DNA of 32,000 nucleotides from Gemmata obscuriglobus (GTDB lineage Bacteria; Planctomycetota; Planctomycetia; Gemmatales; Gemmataceae): NCBI RefSeq assembly GCF_008065095.1, contig NZ_CP042911.1, positions 3,090,001 to 3,122,000 of the forward strand, read 5' to 3'. Shown piece by piece: positions 23,201 to 32,000 of this stretch (position 1 is its first letter; each line of letters starts with the position of its first letter). The notes under the pieces were generated by a model. It saw only the letters and a program-made list of their open reading frames with translations, ran no database searches and was not told where the DNA came from. The position numbers and the translations under genes were made by a program.

Positions 23201-26200
23201 GGCGGCGGCTGGACCACGCGCAGCTCATCCTGCTGGGGGTCCGTGACATCACCGACCGCAAGCGGGCCGAGGAGGCGCTGCGCGAGTCCAACGTGCGGTT
23301 CCGGTCGATCGCCAACCTCGTGCCGGACCTGCTCTGGTCCAGCCGGTCCGACGGCTATACGGAGTGGTACAACCAGCGGTGGAGCGAGTACACCGGGCAG
23401 ACGCTCGAGCAAGCGGCCGACTGGGGCTGGACCGACGCGATCCACCCCGACGACCGTGAGGGGTCGGCGCGGCGGTACGGCGCGGCGGTCTCGGCCGGCA
23501 AGGCCCTCGTACAGGAGCACCGCATCCGCCGGCACGACGGCGCGTACCGGTGGTTCCTCGTGCGGGCCGAGCCCGTCCGCGACGAGACGGGGCGCCTCAC
23601 GATGTTCGGCAGCGCGACCGACACCCACGACCAGCGAACGATGATGGCGGCGGTGCTGGCGAGCGAGGAGAAGTACCGGACGCTGTTCGAGGCGATCGAC
23701 GCGGGGTTCGCCATCTTCGAGATGATCTACGACGCCGCCGGCGCGCCGGCGGACTTACGGTACGTGGAGACGAACCCGGCGTTCGAGCGGCAGGCCGGGC
23801 GGCGGCCGGGGCCGGGGCAGACCATGCGGGAACTGTTCCCCGCGGCCGGGGACATGTGGCTGGCGGACTACGCCGAGGTCGCCCGCACGGGGCGATCGAA
23901 GCGGTTCGTCGATCAGGCCCCGGGGCTCGGCCGGTGGTTCGACGTGTTCGTATTCCCGGTCGCCGCCGGCCGGCTCGCGGCGCTGGTCCGCGATGTCACG
24001 ACCGAGAAGCAGGCCGAGGACGCCCTGCGGGCGAGCGAGGCGAGGTACCGCGCGCTCGTCGAGAGCCAGGTGGAAATGGTGGCCCAGTTCCGCCCCGACG
24101 GGACGCTGCTGTTCGTCAACGGCGCCTACGCGCGGGCCTTCGGGACCACCCCCGAGCGGTTGACCGGCACGAACTTCTGGGACCTGATCCCCCCCGAGGG
24201 GCACGCCGCCGTGCGCGCCCGGCTCGACGCGCTGACGCCCGAAACGCCCCTGGTGCAGATCGAGAACATGATCGCCGCGGCCGGCGGCCCGCGGTGGACG
24301 CTGTGGACCAACCGGGCGCTGACGTTCGACGCGGCGGGCCGCGTGGCCGAGGCCCAGTCCGCCGGGGTGGACATTACGGACCGGAAGCGGGCGGAGGCGG
24401 CGCTCCAGAGGAGCGAGCGGCGGCTGGCGGCGGTGGCCGCGCACCTGCCGAGCGCGGCGGTGTTCGTGGTGGGCCGCGACCTGCGGTACCAGTTGGCCGA
24501 CGGCGAGGCGATGCGCGACGCCGGGGCCGCCCCCGCCGACTTCGTCGGGAAGACCGTCCGGGAGGCGATCGGCCCGGCCCTCGCGGACGGGTACGAAGGG
24601 CACTATCGGGCGGCCCTGGGGGGCGCGCCGTTCCGGCACGAGCACACCATTCACGGGCGACACTACGTGACGCACGGGGTTCCGCTCCGGGACGCGGCCG
24701 GGGAGATCGACGCGGCGCTGGCGGTGTCGTACGACATCACCGCGCGCAAGCAAACCGAGACGGCCCTGCACGAGGGCGAGGAGCGGCTGCGCCTGGCCGT
24801 CGCCATCGGCGAACTCGGCACCTGGGACTGGGACACGCGGACCCGCCGGGTGGTGTGGAATGACACTCACTTCGCTATGCAGGGGTACGCGGTCGGCGAG
24901 GTGGCACCGAGCTACGAGGCCTGGGTCGCCCGGGTCCACCCGGACGACCGCGCCGGCGCCGTGGCCGCCCTGGAGTCCGCCCGGGACGTGCGGGCCGTGT
25001 ACCGCCACGAGTTCCGCTCGGCCCACCCGGACGGGTCCGTCCGCTGGCTCTCGGCCCGGGGCCGCTTCTTCTACGACGAGGCCGGCGCGGCGGTGCGGAT
25101 GATCGGCGTGATGCGGGACGTGACGGAGCAGCGGGTGGCGGAGGACGCCCTGCGCCGCAGCGAGGAGCGGCTGCGGCTCGCCCTGTCCGCCGCCCGCATG
25201 GGTACCTGGACGTGGGACGTGGCGGCCGACGCCCACCGCCGGGACGCCAGCCTGAATGCCCTGCTCGGCCTCCCCGCCGCGGAGACCACCGCCCCGTTCG
25301 AAGAGTTCCTCGCCCACATCCACCCCGACGACCGGGAGGCGGTCCGGGCCGCGTTCGACCAGTCGGTCCGCCACGGCCGCCTGCTGAGCACCGAGTTCCG
25401 GGCAGTGTGGCCGGACGGAACAGTGCGGTGGCTCCGGGACCAGGGCGACGTGTTCGGCACCGCCGGCCAAGCCCGGATGACCGGCGCGTGCGTGGACGTG
25501 ACGGAGCGGCGGGAGGCCGAGGACGCGGTGCGGGCGAGCGAGGAGCGGCTGCGGCTGATCCTGGAGAGCGCGACGGATTTTGCCATCATCACCCTCGACG
25601 CGGGCCGCGCCGTAACCACCTGGAGCCCAGGGGCCGAGGCCACGTTCGGTTTCACGGCCGGCGAGATGATGGGCCGGCCCGGCGACCTCCTGTTCACGCC
25701 CGAGGACCGCGCGTCCGGGGCGCCCGAGCAGGAGGCGACCGAGGCCCGCGAGACCGGCCGGGCGGCGGAAGAGCGGTGGCACGTCCGCAAGGACGGGAGC
25801 CGGTTCTGGGCGTCCGGGGTGCTGGCCCCGCTCGGGACCGACGGGGCCAACGGGTTCGTCAAGGTGCTCCGCGACCTGACCGAGCGGAAGCGCGCCGAGG
25901 ACGAGCTGCGGCGCGCCCGGGACGAGCTGGAGTTGCGGGTGGCCGAGCGGACGACCGAGCTGGCGGCGGCCCTGGACGCGCTGGAAACGGAGATGCAGCG
26001 GCGCCGGGACCTCGTCCGGCGGCTGGGCACGGCCCAGGAGGACGAACGGCAGCGGGTGGCGCGGGACTTGCACGACACGGTGGGGCAGCTTATGGCCGGG
26101 CTGGCGCTGGCGTTCAAGGCGGTCGAGCAGAGCGGCGCGCTCCCGGCCGCGGCCGTCACGCGCCTGGCCGACGCCCAGCGGGTGATGAACGAGCTGGGTC

Positions 26201-26652
26201 GCGAGGTCCACGGGCTCGCGGTCCGGCTGCGGCCGACGGCGCTGGACGACTTCGGCCTGGAGGCCGCGCTGGCGCAGCTCGTGACCGAGTGGTCGGGCCG
26301 CACCGGGGTGCCCGCGGAGTTCCACGCATCGGGACTGGCTCGGCTGCCCCGGGAGATCGAGACGGCGGTCTACCGGGTCGTGCAGGAGGCACTGACCAAC
26401 GTGGCCAAGCACGCCAACGCGACCACCGCCGGCGTGGCGGTCGCCCGGCCGGACGGGTTCGTGTCGGTGGTGATCGAGGACGACGGCGCGGGGTTCGACC
26501 CGCTGGCGCCGCCGAAGGGGCGTCTCGGGCTGCTGGGGATGCGCGAGCGGGTCGAACTCCTGGGCGGCTCGATTGACATCGAGTCGAGCCCCGGCGCGGG
26601 GACGACGGTGACGGTTCAGATCCCGGTTGCACAAAACGGAGGCGAGTCGTGA
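20260..26652 (+). CDS. Multidomain sensor histidine kinase (2130 aa): CheB methylesterase, CheR methyltransferase, coiled coil, 9 PAS/PAC modules, HisKA_3, HATPase_c
   Basis: CheB: FPVVGVGASAGGLEAF...GMGSNG. CheR: RAWVAACSSGEEAYTLAM...IATCRNLLIYLE. Heptad coiled coil: LQSTIEELQTSNEELKASHEE...LNEELRTVNAQL. Nine PAC-to-PAS junctions of the type D(V/I)T(E/D)RKRAE(D/E)AL. H-box ERQRVARDLHDTVGQL (His codon 26071-26073). N/G boxes in QEALTNVAKHA...DDGAGF...GLLGMRERV. The start could also be ATG 20314 (MADEIAP). Confidence 0.92.
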   Translation: MPFAVVSRGPYRSQGHASMADEIAPAPPAPEGPPDAEQDRLAQPVDAEQPPRLPFPVVGVGASAGGLEAFSAFLAAMPPDAGMAFVFILHLPPDHNSLLADILARRTAMPVHQVEDGLAVEPDHVYVTRPGHVVGIREGRLRVGPELGGPRAANRPVDDFFRTLAEEQRERAVCVLLSGMGSNGTAGAQAVKAVGGLCVAQDPDSAQYPSMPRHLIDAGYADYIVRPADLPDVLLTYARSRYATGGREADARAALEREQQHLREVVAILRTRTRQDFTGYKKPTILRRVQRRMGLLRVPTMAEYARHLRQSPNEVTGLADDLLIHVTGFFRDPEAWEVLREKVIAPLVRTREAGGPVRAWVAACSSGEEAYTLAMILVEESDRADKRLDIKVFATDLADRTLSHARAGVYPGGIESEISSERLRRFFTREDEVYRVRQELRDRVVFAPQNILQDPPFSRLDIATCRNLLIYLEAEVQKRVLTLLHFGLREGGALFLGTSETIGGAEELFEPVDKKARIYRRVGPTRHGLVEFPLPRPVPPLAAPDEARGQAPAPRPSPPGDRSVGELTRQALLEHHAPPAVAVDRDFRVVYYHGDTSPFLRQASGEPTRDLLLLAREGVRGAVRLALQQAAAQQQPATARDGWVERPGRRVRVEVTASPVPAGTRAGHFVVSFEEYGEVPAAAGPDGETGDLARLRAELQSTIEELQTSNEELKASHEEAMSVNEELQSANEELETSKEEMQSLNEELRTVNAQLRAKMEEHQAASSDLTSLLTSTDIAVLFLDTRFRIRRFTPAVRDLLDLIPGDIGRPLTALARKFDDPHLDDDCRAVLERLAPVAREVPTAAGRHYLRRVLPYRTVDDRIDGVVVTFVDVTERKRAEDALAAEKGYAESIVETLHEPLLILHPDLTVKGVNPAFYTHFRVNPAGTIGRKVYHLGNGQWDIPALRTLLEDVLPGSNVFNDYEVTHEFEGLGRRVMLVNGRRLDHAQLILLGVRDITDRKRAEEALRESNVRFRSIANLVPDLLWSSRSDGYTEWYNQRWSEYTGQTLEQAADWGWTDAIHPDDREGSARRYGAAVSAGKALVQEHRIRRHDGAYRWFLVRAEPVRDETGRLTMFGSATDTHDQRTMMAAVLASEEKYRTLFEAIDAGFAIFEMIYDAAGAPADLRYVETNPAFERQAGRRPGPGQTMRELFPAAGDMWLADYAEVARTGRSKRFVDQAPGLGRWFDVFVFPVAAGRLAALVRDVTTEKQAEDALRASEARYRALVESQVEMVAQFRPDGTLLFVNGAYARAFGTTPERLTGTNFWDLIPPEGHAAVRARLDALTPETPLVQIENMIAAAGGPRWTLWTNRALTFDAAGRVAEAQSAGVDITDRKRAEAALQRSERRLAAVAAHLPSAAVFVVGRDLRYQLADGEAMRDAGAAPADFVGKTVREAIGPALADGYEGHYRAALGGAPFRHEHTIHGRHYVTHGVPLRDAAGEIDAALAVSYDITARKQTETALHEGEERLRLAVAIGELGTWDWDTRTRRVVWNDTHFAMQGYAVGEVAPSYEAWVARVHPDDRAGAVAALESARDVRAVYRHEFRSAHPDGSVRWLSARGRFFYDEAGAAVRMIGVMRDVTEQRVAEDALRRSEERLRLALSAARMGTWTWDVAADAHRRDASLNALLGLPAAETTAPFEEFLAHIHPDDREAVRAAFDQSVRHGRLLSTEFRAVWPDGTVRWLRDQGDVFGTAGQARMTGACVDVTERREAEDAVRASEERLRLILESATDFAIITLDAGRAVTTWSPGAEATFGFTAGEMMGRPGDLLFTPEDRASGAPEQEATEARETGRAAEERWHVRKDGSRFWASGVLAPLGTDGANGFVKVLRDLTERKRAEDELRRARDELELRVAERTTELAAALDALETEMQRRRDLVRRLGTAQEDERQRVARDLHDTVGQLMAGLALAFKAVEQSGALPAAAVTRLADAQRVMNELGREVHGLAVRLRPTALDDFGLEAALAQLVTEWSGRTGVPAEFHASGLARLPREIETAVYRVVQEALTNVAKHANATTAGVAVARPDGFVSVVIEDDGAGFDPLAPPKGRLGLLGMRERVELLGGSIDIESSPGAGTTVTVQIPVAQNGGES

Positions 26653-27290
26653 ACAAGCTGCGCGTGTTCCTGGTGGACGACCATCCCGTAGTGCGGGACG
26701 GGCTGCGGGTGCTGCTCGACAGCGAGGCCGACATGGAGGTGGTCGGGGACGCCTTCGACGGGGAAACGGCCGTCGGGCGGGCGGCCGAACTGCGGCCCGA
26801 CGTGGTGGTGATGGACGTGTCGATGCCGGGCATGGGCGGGATCGAGGCGACGGCCCGCATCCGCGCCGGTTGCCCGAACGTCCGGGTCGTCGCGCTGACC
26901 GCGCACGAGGACCGGAAGTACGTACAGCAGGCGCTCCAGGCGGGGGCGACGGGGTACGTGCCGAAGCGGGCGGCGGCGGCCGACCTGGTCGGGGCGATCC
27001 GCCACGCCGCCGCGGGTCGCACCTACCTGGACCCGTCGGTGACCGGGCCGTACCTGTCCGCGGAGCCGGCGACCGAGGCGACGAGCGACCACGGCCTGAG
27101 CGAGCGCGAGGTGGAGGTGCTCAAGCAGCTCACGGCGGGGTACTCGAACAAGCAGATCGCGGCGCGGCTCGAGGTGAGCGTCAAGTCGGTGGAGACGTAC
27201 AAGGGCCGGGCGATGGAGAAGCTCGGCATCCGGTCGCGGGTGGGGCTGGTCCAGTTCGCGGTGCGGCAGGGTTGGCTGAGCGGCGGCTGA
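26649..27290 (+). CDS. NarL/FixJ-family response regulator (REC plus LuxR-type HTH)
   Basis: RVFLVDDHPVVRDGL...DVVVMDVSMPGMGG...VVALTAH (REC). LSEREVEVLKQLTAGYSNKQIAARLEVSVKSVETYKGRAMEKLG (LuxR HTH). The GTG start overlaps the kinase stop in GTGA (26649-26652). Confidence 0.93.
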   Translation: MNKLRVFLVDDHPVVRDGLRVLLDSEADMEVVGDAFDGETAVGRAAELRPDVVVMDVSMPGMGGIEATARIRAGCPNVRVVALTAHEDRKYVQQALQAGATGYVPKRAAAADLVGAIRHAAAGRTYLDPSVTGPYLSAEPATEATSDHGLSEREVEVLKQLTAGYSNKQIAARLEVSVKSVETYKGRAMEKLGIRSRVGLVQFAVRQGWLSGG

Positions 27291-27378
27291 CGGCGGCTCC
27301 GTCGTGTGCAAAACCTGGTCCGCGGCCGAGTCACTCGCCGCACGACGGCCTGCGGACGAGGGCGAGCGGTCGTCACGC

Positions 27379-27666
27379 TCACGACCCGGTTGTTCTCCCG
27401 TTCCGTGCGGACGGTCGCATACGCGACCGCGGCGGAACGACCGTGTACGGCTCCCGCGGGCGCCCCGGGCGCTCGGCCCGCGGATGCTGGGCTTGTGTCC
27501 CGGGCGCTCGGATGCACTGGGCGACCGTGCCCCGGGGCGCCCCGACCAACCGGGCCGTCTGGCGGATGTCGCTTCCCTCGGCCACATGGGCTCGCGCCTG
27601 CGACCACGGTCGCGGTCGGCGATCGGCGATCGGGTGCCGTGCTCGGCGTGCCCCGTGAAAGCCCAA
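27379..27666 (-). pseudogene. Possible remnant of an IS21-family IstA-like N-terminal HTH, or a stand-alone HTH ORF
   Basis: WSQARAHVAEGSDIRQTARLVGAPRGTVAQCIRAPG resembles the IstA N-terminus pattern W..IR.L..EG.SI..IAR.LG.SRNTV...L. There is no room for the rest of a transposase before the response-regulator gene. Chance similarity in Arg/Ala-rich high-GC sequence cannot be excluded. Confidence 0.25.
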
Positions 27667-28193
27667 AAGGGCACTGCTTCAGTAAGTGCGGCTGTACATT
27701 TTCCTGACGCCGCGCCCTCGACGGTTCGGACAACAACGGGCGATTCACACCTTTTGGTGCCTCACGTCAGCGCCGCTGAACGCTGGATATCGCAGGTGTT
27801 TTGGCGTGAGTAGCACTTTTTGCAGGGGCAGGCTGAACTGTCGGGCATTCGGGCGCGTCGCTTGTGAATGTTCCGATTTTGTCCCCCCCATTCTGCCTGC
27901 AAGTGCGTTCTTCGCAGCTATGGTTCGGGCATCGAACGCACTGCGATGCACCCGACCCCGCTCCCGCGTTCGGGCTCGCTGCTGAAGGGCCGGTCGGTTG
28001 CTCCCCCCGCATAGCCGGGCCGCACCCCGATCGGCCGCGCGAGTTCGGTATCACTCTCTTTCGCCCCTTTGCTCCGGCCGGCCCTTTGCGAATGGGACCA
28101 GCCGGTGCGCGTCCGACGGTCCCCTCCGTCCCCGGGCGCCATTGATTTTCGGCCGTGCCATCTACTTGCGTCACCCTCTTTGAGGAGCCGTGT

Positions 28194-29267
<1,074 letters not shown>

Positions 29268-29330
29268 CGGCGAGCGGACCGGCCGGGGCGACCGTCGCCC
29301 CGGCCCCCGCAATCATCATTCCCAGCCTTT

Positions 29331-29741
29331 ATGAGCGGAGAAGAACCGATGACCCTTTGGCGAATCGCGGCGGCCTTCGGAGCGGTGGCGGTCGCGCTCG
29401 GCTCGAGCGCCTGCAGCAACAGCGACTTCCGCATGCCGGCCACGTCGCTCAGCGGCAAAGTGACCGTTAACGGCAAGCCGCTCTCGTGCGGCGTCGTGAC
29501 CGCCTACCGCGGCAGCTCGAAAGTGATGGAAGCGTCCATCGAGGTGGACGGCAACTACACGTTCGCGGACCCGCCGGCCGGGGAGTACCTGATCACGGTC
29601 ACCAGGACCGACGCGCCCTCCACTTACAGCCGGCCGGTGCGGCTCCCCGCGAAGTACGCCGACCCGGGCAGCTCCGGGCTGCGGGCGACCGTGGTGAGCG
29701 ACCGGCCCAACACCCAGGATCTCACGCTCGGCACGAAGTGA
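29331..29741 (+). CDS. Small lipoprotein with a carboxypeptidase-regulatory-like beta-sandwich region
   Basis: Signal peptide with lipobox: WRIAAAFGAVAVALGSSAC. Then LSGKVTVNGKPL...VDGNYTFADPPAGEYLITV, typical of the small partner genes that follow DUF1559 genes. An alternative start at ATG 29349 has the better SD (GGAGAAG). Confidence 0.75.
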   Translation: MSGEEPMTLWRIAAAFGAVAVALGSSACSNSDFRMPATSLSGKVTVNGKPLSCGVVTAYRGSSKVMEASIEVDGNYTFADPPAGEYLITVTRTDAPSTYSRPVRLPAKYADPGSSGLRATVVSDRPNTQDLTLGTK

Positions 29742-29811
29742 CCCGCCGGAGCGGGTTCGAAGTTGTGTGCCTGACAGTGCCCGCCGGAACGTACCCCAGA
29801 AACACCCACCT

Positions 29812-32000
29812 ATGCCCGCACTATCATCCACAACCGAGTTCATCGACCTGTTCCGCCGGAGCGGCATCTACCAGGCCGGCGCGTTCGACGACGCGCTGGC
29901 CAAGGTGCCCGACCTGCCCGACGACCCGGCCCGGGCGGCGACCGTCTTCGTCCAGCGCGGGGTGCTGACCAGGTTCCAGGCGCGGCTCCTGCTGAACGGC
30001 CGGTCGCGCGGGTTCCGGTTGGGCTCCTACGTCATTCAGGACCAGCTCGGGCAGGGCGGTATGGGGACCGTGTTCCTCGCCGAACACACCACCCTCCGCC
30101 GCCTCGCGGCGGTTAAGGTGCTCACGCTCCCGAAGGATGTTGACGGGACCGACCTGGCCCTGGAGCGGTTCCTGCGGGAGGCCCGGGCCGCCGCCGCCCT
30201 GGACCACCCGAACATCGTCCGCGTCAACGACGTCGCGAACCAGGACGGCATCCACTACATCACGCTGGAGTACGTCGACGGGGTGACGCTCGAGCAGCTG
30301 CTGCAGAAGGGCGGGCCGGTCACGCCGTCGCGGGCCGTCGAGTACATCGCCCAGGCAGCCGCCGGGCTCCAGCACGCCGACGAGCGCGGGTTCGTCCACC
30401 GCGACATTAAGCCGGCCAACCTGATCCTCACGCGGGACCAGAAGACGCTCAAGATCCTCGACATGGGGCTGGCCCGCTCGTTCACCAAAGAAGAAGACAA
30501 GCTGACCGAGCGGCTGGAGCACGGGGCCATCGCCGGGACCGTCGATTTCATCGCCCCGGAGCAGTCGCTCGGCGCCGTCAACCTGGACATTCGGGCCGAC
30601 ATCTACTCGCTCGGGGCCACCTTCTTCACCCTCCTCACCGGCCGCCCGCCGTTCCAGGGGAACACCACGCAGAAGCTTGCCCAGCACCAGATGAAGCCGG
30701 CTCCGGACCTGACGGAACTCGACCCGACGCTCCCGGCCGAGTTGGCCGCAGTGGTCGCGAAAATGCTCGCGAAAAAGCCCAAAGACCGGTACCAAACGCC
30801 CGCCGACGTAATTGCAGCGCTGGCGCCGTGGCTGGGCCAGTCGCGGACCAACTTGCCCGGCGCGGTGCTGGCGCCGGCGCACTCCGGCCGGATCGTCGAG
30901 GGCGGGGTGCCGTCGGCCCGGAGTACCGTTCGCGCTGGGACGGCCGGTACGGAGCGCCGCACCACCCGGCGTAAGAAGAAGGCGAAACCGGCAGAGCCGC
31001 AGAAAAAGACGCTGCTGATCGCGGCCGGCGCGCTCGGCGCGCTGCTCGTGGCGGTGCTCGTCGCGGTTCTGGCGTCCGGCGGCAAGAAGCCGGAACAGGC
31101 GTCGAACGTGCCTGCCGGTAATCAGCCCGTTACGCCGTCTGTTACGCAGCCGGTGAACACCCCGCCCAGAATCGGCCCGAGCGCGCCGCAGAACCCGCAG
31201 CCGGCCGTCAAGCCGCCCGCCGGGGCGCCGGGCGAACTGTTGTACCACATCGATTTCGCGAACCTGGAAACCAGCTCGCTCTCGGCCGCGGTGGGCGAGA
31301 AGGTGTACACACAGCGGCTCGGCGGCCAGAGCCTTCCGCTCGGATGGGGCATCAACCACCACGAGCCCGCGGCGGCCGCCGAGTTCGCGATCGCCGACTT
31401 CGCCGGGGCACGCGCGCTCGAAGTCCGGCGCGTCCGGTTCGAGCGCACCGAGGTGGTTTGTAAGCTGGACGCCGTACTCAGCACGCCTGGGGTGAACGAG
31501 TCCCGCACGTTCCGCGTGGAGTACCAGTTCGACGGCCCCGGCCTCGTGCAGTTCGGGATCAAGATCGACAAGGTTCCGTACGTGAGGCCCGTTCTGGAGC
31601 CGCTCGCGCCGACGAGCGGGGGCTGGCGCCAGGCGGAGTTCGTGTTCACACGGCAGACCAACGACCCGGTGATGTTCAGTTGCAACATCTCCCCGGACCC
31701 GAAGGCGCCGACCGCGCCGACCGGTGCGTTCCGGCTCCGGGCCCTCGACGTGTGGAAGGGGCGGGCCGCGGCGGCGCCGCCGGCGGCTCCCCCGGCCCCG
31801 GCGGCTCTGGCGAACCGGTTCGTCGGTTGGAAAGCCGGGGCCGTGGTCTACCGTTCCGACCTCGGAGAGATCGAACCGTTCCAGGTCACGAAGGAGGGCA
31901 CGAAGGTCCAAACGGGCGCGCCCGAACAGCTCCCCAAGGGGATCCGCGCTTCGTGCTGGAAGCCCGCCGCGGTCGCGGAGTTCCGGTGCGAGTCCACCGG
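29812..32000 (+). CDS. Membrane-anchored Ser/Thr protein kinase, 3'-partial (runs off the window; absent from the ORF track)
   Basis: I translated frame 1 from ATG 29812 by hand to nt 31998 and found no stop. Glycine loop GQGGMGTVFLAEH, AVKVL, catalytic loop VHRDIKPANL (30394-30423), DMGLAR, GTVDFIAPE. Basic stretch RRKKKAKP, then TM helix LLIAAGALGALLVAVLVAVLA (~31009-31071). The extracytoplasmic domain is unassigned. Track ORF 29824..31911(-) is its antisense shadow. Confidence 0.9.
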   Translation, partial: MPALSSTTEFIDLFRRSGIYQAGAFDDALAKVPDLPDDPARAATVFVQRGVLTRFQARLLLNGRSRGFRLGSYVIQDQLGQGGMGTVFLAEHTTLRRLAAVKVLTLPKDVDGTDLALERFLREARAAAALDHPNIVRVNDVANQDGIHYITLEYVDGVTLEQLLQKGGPVTPSRAVEYIAQAAAGLQHADERGFVHRDIKPANLILTRDQKTLKILDMGLARSFTKEEDKLTERLEHGAIAGTVDFIAPEQSLGAVNLDIRADIYSLGATFFTLLTGRPPFQGNTTQKLAQHQMKPAPDLTELDPTLPAELAAVVAKMLAKKPKDRYQTPADVIAALAPWLGQSRTNLPGAVLAPAHSGRIVEGGVPSARSTVRAGTAGTERRTTRRKKKAKPAEPQKKTLLIAAGALGALLVAVLVAVLASGGKKPEQASNVPAGNQPVTPSVTQPVNTPPRIGPSAPQNPQPAVKPPAGAPGELLYHIDFANLETSSLSAAVGEKVYTQRLGGQSLPLGWGINHHEPAAAAEFAIADFAGARALEVRRVRFERTEVVCKLDAVLSTPGVNESRTFRVEYQFDGPGLVQFGIKIDKVPYVRPVLEPLAPTSGGWRQAEFVFTRQTNDPVMFSCNISPDPKAPTAPTGAFRLRALDVWKGRAAAAPPAAPPAPAALANRFVGWKAGAVVYRSDLGEIEPFQVTKEGTKVQTGAPEQLPKGIRASCWKPAAVAEFRCEST

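Noticed and set aside
20218-26634. Two very long minus-strand ORFs (20218..23628 and 23755..26634) opposite the sensor kinase
   Set aside because: They are antisense shadows of the 2130-aa kinase. The plus-strand frame carries CheB, CheR, PAS and HK motifs throughout. The minus-strand frames are low-complexity Arg/Pro/Gly/Val.
29824-31911. 695-aa minus-strand ORF, the longest listed ORF in this region
   Set aside because: It is antisense to the Ser/Thr kinase, whose motifs (GQGGMGTV, HRDIKPAN, DMGLAR, APE) are unambiguous on the plus strand. Its translation is Arg/Pro/Gly-rich with no motifs. This is the typical high-GC shadow ORF.

Overview
High-GC (about 67-70%) bacterial chromosome. The DUF1559/prepilin-type protein, the membrane Ser/Thr kinase and the giant PAS kinase point to Planctomycetes (Gemmata-like). 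Most long ORFs in the six-frame track are antisense or out-of-frame artefacts of the GC content. I support about 16 real genes.

(1) nt 1-5733 is the 3' part of an RHS/YD-repeat polymorphic toxin. After the RHS core it carries a pre-toxin linker, a HINT autoprocessing domain, a helix-hairpin-helix motif and a low-GC C-terminal toxin tip. The tip may be a bacterial EndoU-like RNase. A 134-aa candidate immunity gene (5730-6134) overlaps its stop codon by ATGA.

(2) nt ~5340-7750 is a GC trough. It also holds a small plasmid-type gene with an in-frame TAA, a hypothetical gene, and a decayed, truncated tyrosine-integrase remnant.

(3) Next come a SAM methyltransferase, then a 1.1-kb non-coding stretch with short phased repeats and a degenerate tRNA-like element, then a cyclophilin.

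(4) A minus-strand glycan cluster follows: GH2, a glycosyltransferase::FAD/UGM-like fusion, a Zn-ribbon protein and a GH1-like::RmlD-like fusion. A perfect 31-bp palindrome sits inside it.

(5) A 2130-aa CheB-CheR-coiled-coil-9xPAS-HisKA_3 kinase is translationally coupled to a NarL-type response regulator.

(6) The window ends with DUF1559, a lipoprotein, and a Ser/Thr kinase. The kinase is absent from the ORF track because it runs off the window.

The most interesting candidate system is the RHS-HINT toxin/immunity cassette embedded in a decayed mobile-element context.
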